A DNA stretch of 64,000 nt from a virus. The notes under the pieces are model-generated. The model ran no database searches. It had not been told where the DNA came from and worked only from the letters and a program-made list of their open reading frames with translations. The DNA lies in the IMG/VR virus record IMGVR_UViG_3300031578_000001. One strand, given 5' to 3'. Below are positions 18,295 through 26,249 of the stretch, in pieces (positions within the stretch are counted from its first letter, which is position 1; each line of letters starts with the position of its first letter). Both the position numbers and the translations under genes were made by a program.

Positions 18295-20658
18295 ATGACG
18301 CAGCTCAGGCTCTTTTCGTTCCACGAGCAGGACACCTCGAGGGCGCACAATCAGAGGATCGCGAGCCTTTTGGCCCCAGGCGTCTACAAGGGATACAGGA
18401 TCCGTCCGAATGCCTCCGATCCATCCAAGCTCGACGTCACCCATGGGAACGATGGGACGTCCGTTCTCGTAACCGTGGAGGGCGTGAGGATCCAGGAGAC
18501 GGCGGAGATCACGGGAACGCTCCAGGTACAGAATGCGGACCCATCGAGGCTGCGCTATGACCTGGTCGTGGCCGAGTACCAATGGTCTCCGAACAACGCC
18601 ATCCAGCAGACCTACAAGGTGATCCGTGGAGGCTACGCCAGGAGTTCTTCGGACACCCCTCCGATCCCGGTCCAGCAGAGCATCTACCAGATCCCCCTGG
18701 CCATGATCCTGGTGAGGCCCCAGGTAGCCATCGGAGGGATCTTCCGTGTCGAGATTCAGGAGACGGACGTCTACCACATCAGGAAGGCGTCCGATCCAGG
18801 ATCCGAGGACATTGGGACTCTCAAGCCAATCATCGACCCGGTGAACAATCTCAGGGTCTTCGTTTATTCCGGAGCCTTCCCGACCCTCGACGGTCTCAGT
18901 TTCATCCAGTTCGAAGGCGGGTACTCCGATGAGATTGACGATTCCCAGATGTCCGACGGGGAGACACGATACTTCCTCATCGGTGTGGGCGATGACAAGG
19001 GTGTCTCGATCGCAGGGGAGAGTTCGACTCTCGACACAGTTCCGAATCTGGACTCCGATATTCTCCCCGTGGCCGTGGCCAAGGTGACGAAACGGGGAGG
19101 CTCCTCTTATATCGAGGACCTGGTGGACATCAGGTTCCCCTTCGCACGGAAGACGGTTCCGAGAGAGGAAGAGGACTTCTACCAGGATCAGGCGAACACG
19201 AGCGTCTTCAGGTATGTTAGGATCGACTCGTTCCGCGGAGAGGGTCTCATCAATCTTGCCACACTTCTACCCGCTGATGCGAACCTCAGCGCCGTGATCG
19301 ATAGAGGAGAGACGAGTCTGAAGGTCTCATGGGACGGCTTGGGGCAGCCTACGGCTGATGTCACGATCAGCACGGAAGATCTTCTCGGAAACTCCGAGAT
19401 CGACCAGGTTCGCCATATCATGATAACGGTGGACACGGACGTGGAGAACCTCACGTTCGACTATTCCTCCGTTTCCGGGTATCACGGCTTCAGCGGACGT
19501 GATTTTGAGCCGAATAAAATCATCGGTCTCGCAGACGGCGTGTCCCAGCTCTTCATCAGGTTCAAGATTCCGGCCTCGGAATTCGACGGTGGAGGCATCA
19601 AGAGGGTCTTCAGTTTCGCCGTGTTCATGATCCTCGATTACGAGATGCTTAACGAGAAGTCGCTAAGCGGTCTTGGCCTCGAGTCGGCGGCCTACTCGAT
19701 CCCGAACCTAATCCCAAACGGTGACTTCAGGATGTGGAGCAGAGCTACGGATTCCTCGTCAGCCTATCCGGACATCAACTCGAGGGATCTCATCTCTTAC
19801 CAGATCAACAAGGATGACTTCGCGGATCGGAGGAACATTTTCGCCGGCGACGGATGGCAGTTCACTCGCCTCGAGTTCAACCCTAACGACGGCCTGATCT
19901 CGAGGATCCTCTGGAGCCGTGACGTAGTGGAGAGTCTCGACGAGAACACCATGGACACCGCGTTGAAGTGGACAGGCGAAGCGGGCACCGCGGGGCAGCA
20001 GAACTACTTGGAGTTCAGGACACTGGCACCCCAGGGATACGATGGCCAGTTCGTCACCTTCGCCTTCGACTACAAGTCCCAGCCCAGAGAGGCCGTGGGC
20101 ATCCGGCTCGTCCTGTACGAGCGCGGAAGCGACGGATCGCTGGCAGTTCACGATGCCGTGGAGTCCGGACCTCTCAGGACGGAAGGGACGCTGATCATCA
20201 GCTCGAACACGGCCCTGAACTCGAAGGTCTTCGCCATCGGATTCATCATCGTGTTCCAGCAGACCACGGGAATCTCCACGGTGTACGTGAAGAGCGCGAG
20301 AGCCGCGATCGGTCAATACTCGGTGCTTCCGTTCACGAGAAACACAGACGCGGACGACATGTGCTCCAAGTATTACGAGCGTGGACAACTCTTCGCATCA
20401 TCGTCGGCAGAGGAGGGCGAGGAGGTAGGAGGAGCCGTCCAGTTCGCAACGAGGAAGCTCGTCGGACTCTCTGAGAACAACTCGATCGCAGGAGCCCTGG
20501 CAGAGGCTCTCTCGAGCAGCAGGAACGTGAACGCTTCGGGCCTGTCCCTCACGGCGACCGAGAGAGGGATCCTGGCGAGGGCCACAGCCGCGCAGACGGG
20601 GCTCGTGGTTATCGACGTAGATTGGGAGGCCTCGGTGGTGTACTCTCCGGCCACGTAG
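18295..20658 (+). CDS. 787-aa virion structural (tail/fibre-type) protein
   Basis: NLIPNGDFRMWSR carbohydrate-binding-like module common in fibre proteins; beta-rich. Confidence 0.6.
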   Translation: MTQLRLFSFHEQDTSRAHNQRIASLLAPGVYKGYRIRPNASDPSKLDVTHGNDGTSVLVTVEGVRIQETAEITGTLQVQNADPSRLRYDLVVAEYQWSPNNAIQQTYKVIRGGYARSSSDTPPIPVQQSIYQIPLAMILVRPQVAIGGIFRVEIQETDVYHIRKASDPGSEDIGTLKPIIDPVNNLRVFVYSGAFPTLDGLSFIQFEGGYSDEIDDSQMSDGETRYFLIGVGDDKGVSIAGESSTLDTVPNLDSDILPVAVAKVTKRGGSSYIEDLVDIRFPFARKTVPREEEDFYQDQANTSVFRYVRIDSFRGEGLINLATLLPADANLSAVIDRGETSLKVSWDGLGQPTADVTISTEDLLGNSEIDQVRHIMITVDTDVENLTFDYSSVSGYHGFSGRDFEPNKIIGLADGVSQLFIRFKIPASEFDGGGIKRVFSFAVFMILDYEMLNEKSLSGLGLESAAYSIPNLIPNGDFRMWSRATDSSSAYPDINSRDLISYQINKDDFADRRNIFAGDGWQFTRLEFNPNDGLISRILWSRDVVESLDENTMDTALKWTGEAGTAGQQNYLEFRTLAPQGYDGQFVTFAFDYKSQPREAVGIRLVLYERGSDGSLAVHDAVESGPLRTEGTLIISSNTALNSKVFAIGFIIVFQQTTGISTVYVKSARAAIGQYSVLPFTRNTDADDMCSKYYERGQLFASSSAEEGEEVGGAVQFATRKLVGLSENNSIAGALAEALSSSRNVNASGLSLTATERGILARATAAQTGLVVIDVDWEASVVYSPAT

Positions 20659-20688
20659 TACCTAACTGATGGGTACGAGGAGGAACGG

Positions 20689-21345
20689 ATGTCTTTGATG
20701 GTCCAGGTCAGGAGGAACGGAATCCCGGTTCCGGGCCTCTTCATGAAGCGGGGCACCGAAGGTGACGTCTTTCGGTTCGTTGGAGCCGAGACGGGCCATG
20801 CTCAGATCATCAGGATCCAGGACAATACGGTTCTTCCGGATGGGAGGAACAGGGTCACGGTAGGTCCGAATCACACAGCCCCTAACAACACGCCCCAGTA
20901 CATAGACTTCGTCCTGGGGTTCAGGTACTTTGTGGGTCTTCACCAGCTGGACGTGGGCGTTGTGGGACTTCCCAGAGGAACCGTACAGCCCATTGTCGCG
21001 AGAGAGGTCATAGACAGGGCGAGACAGGACTGGGCTGGTTGGGCGAACCCTCCGTACAACTTGGAGCTCGATCCGGATGGGGTGTTCGTCACCTATTTCC
21101 AGGAGACGGCCCCGGACGTGGTTCGTGTCGTGAACCCGTGGCGGGCTGCCATCTTCATATTCTCCGTTCCTCATACTTCTCTTCAGACCGTGTCCAAGAA
21201 CCGGATCACGGTCGAGAACCAAGGGGACAACAGGGCCATCGAACTCCTGGGAGAGAACGACGGCATCGTATTCAAAGCGCCCAACGGGCTCAGGGGTCTT
21301 CTCAGGATCGACAACAATCTCCATCTGGGGGTAGATCCGGTCTGA
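20689..21345 (+). CDS. 218-aa virion structural protein
   Basis: Within tail operon; C-terminal FKAPNG..LRIDNN fibre-end motif. Confidence 0.6.
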   Translation: MSLMVQVRRNGIPVPGLFMKRGTEGDVFRFVGAETGHAQIIRIQDNTVLPDGRNRVTVGPNHTAPNNTPQYIDFVLGFRYFVGLHQLDVGVVGLPRGTVQPIVAREVIDRARQDWAGWANPPYNLELDPDGVFVTYFQETAPDVVRVVNPWRAAIFIFSVPHTSLQTVSKNRITVENQGDNRAIELLGENDGIVFKAPNGLRGLLRIDNNLHLGVDPV

Positions 21346-22340
21346 TGCGTTATACTGACGTCTATAACACGGTGAACCTTGTGCGAAATGGAGGGCTCGA
21401 CTTCCTCAAGTCCCTCAATGAAATCCCTCCGTTCTGGAAGATGCAGGGAGCGGAGCCCAATGCAATCCCTCCCGTGAATTCATTCAGTATCGTAACGGGG
21501 CATGTTCCGGAATCGGAGAATGGGGCTGCGCGGTACTTCAGGTTCGTCCTGTCCTCGTCATCGCCCGTCATCCTCCAGCAGGAGTTTATCGACATCAATC
21601 CCCAGATGACGTTCTGTCCGATGGGGTCCTATCCATGGCAGACGTATGGGGACCGTCTCAGCAACGATAGGTATCCCATTTACGAATACACCCTGATCAG
21701 AGGCATCGAAATCTCGATCGCTGCGAGCATCCGCGTGGTAAAGGGCAGTGCGAAGATCAGCCTGTCCAACAGGTTCAAGGCGGCCAATGAGGAAGAGATA
21801 GAGGTCTACGCAGCCCTGGCATCGAAGGACTGGGTCAGGCCTTCGACCGTGGTGGATCTCAGGGGTCGGATGTTGAAGACGCTCGGCATCAAGATGGAGC
21901 GTATCGGAATGGGCGACGTGGCCGAGATCCATGTGGGCGCGGTGACCATGATCACGGGATCCACGTCGGATGTGCCCTACGTTGGTGATCCGATGGCAGA
22001 CGCAATTCCGAAGGGAGCCATCGTGTTCATGTTCGGAGATGCGTGTCCTCCCGGATTCGATCTCGTGGAACTTCCTGCGCCGGCCAAGCACGGGAGGATC
22101 TTTCCGAGGGAGGGAGCTCCATCTCTTGATGTTGGTGGGGATGAGACGCACGTTCACGACACGGCAGAGATGGTCATGAGTCCGGAAGATGGATGGCTCA
22201 CCCTTGATTTGATCCCGACACCCTTCGGCCAGAACTATGGGACGCCGGCCGACAGTGGAGAGGACGTCCATACCCATGATATGGGCAGTGGTGATCATGT
22301 TCCGCCGTCGAAAGACGTTATTCTCTGTAAGAGACTCTAA
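21345..22340 (+). CDS. 331-aa tail-collar-domain protein (paralogue 1)
   Basis: Start reassigned to ATG 21345 (TGATG coupling); IPKGAIVFMFGDACPPGF, HVH/HTH, C-terminal VILCKRL. Confidence 0.7.
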   Translation: MRYTDVYNTVNLVRNGGLDFLKSLNEIPPFWKMQGAEPNAIPPVNSFSIVTGHVPESENGAARYFRFVLSSSSPVILQQEFIDINPQMTFCPMGSYPWQTYGDRLSNDRYPIYEYTLIRGIEISIAASIRVVKGSAKISLSNRFKAANEEEIEVYAALASKDWVRPSTVVDLRGRMLKTLGIKMERIGMGDVAEIHVGAVTMITGSTSDVPYVGDPMADAIPKGAIVFMFGDACPPGFDLVELPAPAKHGRIFPREGAPSLDVGGDETHVHDTAEMVMSPEDGWLTLDLIPTPFGQNYGTPADSGEDVHTHDMGSGDHVPPSKDVILCKRL

Positions 22341-24583
22341 TGACCCAGAAGATCGAGAGCGCGTTTTCCAGGGTGGCGAACGGGAACTTCTCCCATGGTA
22401 CCGCGTACTGGGAGTCCGTGCTCGCTGGCGATCTGCGTATCCGTACATCAGGGGGCGAGAGCACGGCTCCGAGCCACGAGCTCTATTCAAGATACTGGCT
22501 CGAGGCCAGGGGCCATTTCCAGCACGTCATCCAGTACAAAGATTTTCCTATCTATCCGGCTGCCTCTCGTTTCGACACGGCGGTAGTCCCCGTCGCTCCG
22601 AACCTGTACCTGCTGGCGGCGCAGCCGAATCCCGGAATCGAAGCGATCCGACTTCAGCCGTTCGGAGTCTTCAACCCAGTCGGGCCGCCGATCGCCATGA
22701 AGAGAGGATCGAAGATCCTCGTGGGTTCTCCTTCCGGCGACCACGATCTCGAGACCCGGATCAACAGAGTTCTTAAAGTAACCGAGAAGATCTACAGCCA
22801 GACTCCTTACCTCACGGAGGTGCTGGTCAATATTTCCGGCTCAGGCATGCCAAAGATCTTCAAGCAGGCGATGAGCAGTTACAAGAGGCCGATCAGCAAC
22901 AACCTATTCTCGGTCAGGATAGACAGGACGGCCATAGACAGCGCCATTCGTCCCGACGGAACTGTCGGTGTAAGGGTGGGAGACTACTTCGTGGCCAGGG
23001 ATCCTCTTTGTTCCGGCAGGATATCGGGCATTACGGCCACGGAGATCTTCGTTGTCAAGGATACCAGTCTTCACAGGCTCCCTCTTCTGACTGTTTTCGA
23101 TAAGCCGATCAGAGACTGGTACATCGTCCCGGGATATAACACGACCATGTTCCGGGAAGGCGAGTTCATCCAATACGATCTGACGCTGGCCTTCGACGTC
23201 GCCGGAATAAATAACATCTACAGTGTTTTCATCAAGTTCTACGACGAAATATATTCGGGTACTAACGGCGCCCTGTTCCCCGTGAGAGTCAATCCTGGAG
23301 AGTCGATTCCTAAATTCTGGTATGAGAAACAGATTGGAAACGTCAAAAGGTTTTTCATGCGATTCTTCGGGGAGTACGAGGCTCCGATCATCCACGATAA
23401 AGCTGTGATCGAGTTCACTCAGATCTTTGACAATGCGGAGACTCTCGTCGGAAACGTGGTTCTTCTCCGTGGAAACTACATAGACCGGCTCAAGAAGGAA
23501 GACACCAGTCCCACGGCCGAGGTGGTCGATCTTCTCGAGTCACCGATCAACGTGGAATCGAACATCATTCCCAAGGGTACGATTTTCGCCTACGTGGGAG
23601 GATCCGTGTGTCCTCCAGGATATGAAAGAGCCGAGGGCGTGGGCCGGTTCGAAGCCGGGTCCTTGAAGGATCTTGATGGTCTCAGACTCGACTTCGGTGA
23701 AGGACCTGGATGGTATGGGACCTCGGCTATCCACTGGGACAGAGGCGGGGATCTCGTCAACGGGACCTTTCGTGACCCAACGCATCTGAGGCCCATGACG
23801 ATCTTTGGCATCAACGAATTTGGTCGAGAGAGCGTCGGAAAGTCCTATCCATATCAGGTATCTTCCAGATACGTACCTGTTACTCCTTTCCGGTATACCA
23901 CCGGATCCAACGCGAATCTCCTGGCCTACAGAGATGGGATCGGAGGGGATCCGAGCCCGATTCTCGTGACGGAGGAGTATCTGAGGACGGACGTGGTTCC
24001 GGGCGACATTGTCGAATTCTACAACGAATCGAAACACTACTCGGTGTGCGCTCTCATCGTCCAAGTGGTCGCTGGGGAGTTTGTCACGCACATCCAGGAA
24101 GGAGTGCCTCCCGACATCTTCAACGGTGATCCGGACCTATATCGTGCGAGGCGGCAAGTAGGGGCCGGTATCCCGAGGAACTCGGTGTACCAGGGATACG
24201 GAATGTTCGGGCCGTTCGCCTTCATCCGCGAGCCTCAGACTTTCGTGGAACTCTACGGCGACTTCCAAGAGGTTATCATCAATGCGGCTATCGATCACGC
24301 GAAGATGAGGATCTGGAAGAGCGGTACGATCGCGCATGCCCAGAGGATCCCCGAGGCTCAGATTACCGGACCTCTCGGAGGCTACGGCTACTTCGGAGAG
24401 CCCCATACCCACGTCATGAAGCAGAGCCATGACATCTCCACCTATGGTGACGTGGGGCACTCGAGTCAGGGAGCATTCATCACGACTCCTCTCAAGATTC
24501 CGTATACTCACACGCATAGATCCTTGTTCGGAGCCGTTACGATTCCGAGGATTCGTCCCGTGCTCCTCTGTCAGAAGATCTGA
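22340..24583 (+). CDS. 747-aa tail-collar-domain protein (paralogue 2)
   Basis: VANGNF N-terminus; IPKGTIFAYVGGSVCPPGY; HTH motifs; C-terminal VLLCQKI. Confidence 0.7.
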   Translation: MTQKIESAFSRVANGNFSHGTAYWESVLAGDLRIRTSGGESTAPSHELYSRYWLEARGHFQHVIQYKDFPIYPAASRFDTAVVPVAPNLYLLAAQPNPGIEAIRLQPFGVFNPVGPPIAMKRGSKILVGSPSGDHDLETRINRVLKVTEKIYSQTPYLTEVLVNISGSGMPKIFKQAMSSYKRPISNNLFSVRIDRTAIDSAIRPDGTVGVRVGDYFVARDPLCSGRISGITATEIFVVKDTSLHRLPLLTVFDKPIRDWYIVPGYNTTMFREGEFIQYDLTLAFDVAGINNIYSVFIKFYDEIYSGTNGALFPVRVNPGESIPKFWYEKQIGNVKRFFMRFFGEYEAPIIHDKAVIEFTQIFDNAETLVGNVVLLRGNYIDRLKKEDTSPTAEVVDLLESPINVESNIIPKGTIFAYVGGSVCPPGYERAEGVGRFEAGSLKDLDGLRLDFGEGPGWYGTSAIHWDRGGDLVNGTFRDPTHLRPMTIFGINEFGRESVGKSYPYQVSSRYVPVTPFRYTTGSNANLLAYRDGIGGDPSPILVTEEYLRTDVVPGDIVEFYNESKHYSVCALIVQVVAGEFVTHIQEGVPPDIFNGDPDLYRARRQVGAGIPRNSVYQGYGMFGPFAFIREPQTFVELYGDFQEVIINAAIDHAKMRIWKSGTIAHAQRIPEAQITGPLGGYGYFGEPHTHVMKQSHDISTYGDVGHSSQGAFITTPLKIPYTHTHRSLFGAVTIPRIRPVLLCQKI

Positions 24584-25341
24584 TGGCAACGAACGACTAC
24601 ACACGACTGGCGCTCAGGCCCATGGCCATCAACCGGTTGAAGAACGGTAACTTCAACCGTACGCCCCGGCAGCATACTATCACCGACAATTACAATGTGT
24701 CGGCCTACGCCACGGCTGGGATCACGCGCACGTTCCGTACCAGATACAAGTACGACTCCCAGATGGTCATCGATGGTGCGACGTTGCAGAATCGCGTTAC
24801 GATCCCAGGATTCCATGTCCTTGCGCAGAAACCCGCCGAGACCTTCATCTCTGATTGGTTCGTATGGGGAGCGGAGGGAGTCATCAGCTTCGACGAGCGT
24901 GGTAGATCCATGGACGACGGAGCGAGAGCCGATCTCGAGTTTCTCGCGCCAGGAGATGTCACGTTCCTTCAGTCGATCGAGAGCTTCGATAAGTTCAGGG
25001 GCAAGCCCGTGACCCTCGCCGTCTCAGGTTACCAGAGGAACCGGAACGTGAAGGTCCAGTTCGTGATCGACTGCGGATCCAAGGTGATCGAAGGACGTCC
25101 CTTCCATTCCAGATACTTCGGTCCGTACACCAGGATGATTGACGTCTTTGAGTCGATTCCCCTGGACATTTCGAAGTTCGAGGTCATGCTCAAGATGACC
25201 GGAGGCCAGGGCGGTTCGGTAGGCTTGTCCGGGATCATGATGGCCATAGGAGCCTACGCTTCGGACCTCCCTTATTCGGATAACCCATCCGACGTGGCAG
25301 TTCCGAGCGGGGCCGTGATTCTCTGGCTCGGAGACACGTGA
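24583..25341 (+). CDS. N-terminal 252 aa of tail-collar paralogue 3, ending at an in-frame TGA
   Basis: LKNGNF N-terminus; ends VPSGAVILWLGDT-TGA where paralogues have GDAC/GSVC. Confidence 0.7.
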   Translation: MATNDYTRLALRPMAINRLKNGNFNRTPRQHTITDNYNVSAYATAGITRTFRTRYKYDSQMVIDGATLQNRVTIPGFHVLAQKPAETFISDWFVWGAEGVISFDERGRSMDDGARADLEFLAPGDVTFLQSIESFDKFRGKPVTLAVSGYQRNRNVKVQFVIDCGSKVIEGRPFHSRYFGPYTRMIDVFESIPLDISKFEVMLKMTGGQGGSVGLSGIMMAIGAYASDLPYSDNPSDVAVPSGAVILWLGDT

Positions 25342-25812
25342 CCTCCAGGCTACCGCCCCCTCGTAGAGGATGGCACGTCACTTCACGCGTTCATCGGGGA
25401 TCCCAACGCTTTCTTTGGCAACACTGGGTACAGCCAGATGCGCGGCATTCCCACGGCGATCTATAATCTGAGGCCGGATTTTCCTCCTTCTGGTTCGCGA
25501 AATCTCGAGGTGGGGAGCAACGAGCATAGTCACGAGTCCGGTAACAGGTGGGAGATTCAACCCTCCGGTCTCAAGGAGGAGACGGACAGGTTCAAGACGC
25601 CTATCATCGCTGACAAGCAGGTCCCTATGAGGGAAGTGGCTGCTGCCGCGGCCCAAGGAGATCCACCGGATCCGAATGCCACCAATCCGGTTCCGCCCTA
25701 CGAGGGACTGATTTCGGAAGCGTTGCCCATAGAACATGCGCACGAGATCAAGCTGGGTCAGGAAGACATTCAGATCCCGTACGTCAAGGTCAGGATATGC
25801 GAGAAGATCTAA
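25342..25812 (+). other. In-frame continuation of paralogue 3 past the TGA (read-through portion or broken gene)
   Basis: Reads PPGYRPL...EHSHE...EHAHE...VKVRICEKI, completing the collar domain and paralogue C-terminus; no clear SD before ATG 25438. Confidence 0.75.
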
Positions 25813-26249
25813 TACCGAGGAAGGATCAGAATCCGATCCTATTGTATTCGCCCACATGTCCTTACTGCGGTAAGACACTCGAACCTGTGATCGAATTTTT
25901 CCTATCGAGAGGTATACTTCTAATAGTCCGGCGCCCAATGAAGGAGGAGATCGACAGGATCCCAGGATATCCGGCTCTCTACATTCCGAAGGCGTACTCG
26001 GAGCCGATCATCCTCTTTGGTACCGGTATTGTAGAGACACTCGAGAAGCTTCCTGAGTTGGCGAATTATTATGGACCCTCTCTCCATCATTACGAAGAAC
26101 ATTCCGATCGCGCTGGTGGCCCAGGCATACAGCGAGCAACTCCAAGCGGTGGGAGGAGTACCGCCGTACACGTGGAGCTTGGACTCAGGAGCGTTACCAT
26201 CGGGGGTGTCACTATCGCCCAGCGGGATCCTGGATGCTGCGGCGGGTAA
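25797..26249 (+). CDS. Glutaredoxin/thioredoxin-fold protein (CPYC)
   Basis: ILLYSPTCPYC, helix, strand, IPGYPALYI cis-Pro-like motif, IILFG; C-terminal ~60 codons overlap the next gene. Confidence 0.6.
   Translation: MREDLIPRKDQNPILLYSPTCPYCGKTLEPVIEFFLSRGILLIVRRPMKEEIDRIPGYPALYIPKAYSEPIILFGTGIVETLEKLPELANYYGPSLHHYEEHSDRAGGPGIQRATPSGGRSTAVHVELGLRSVTIGGVTIAQRDPGCCGG

Noticed and set aside
21329-21356. TATACT at 21351 (and 24503) as class A promoters
   Set aside because: Inside coding sequence with no TTG 16 nt upstream.
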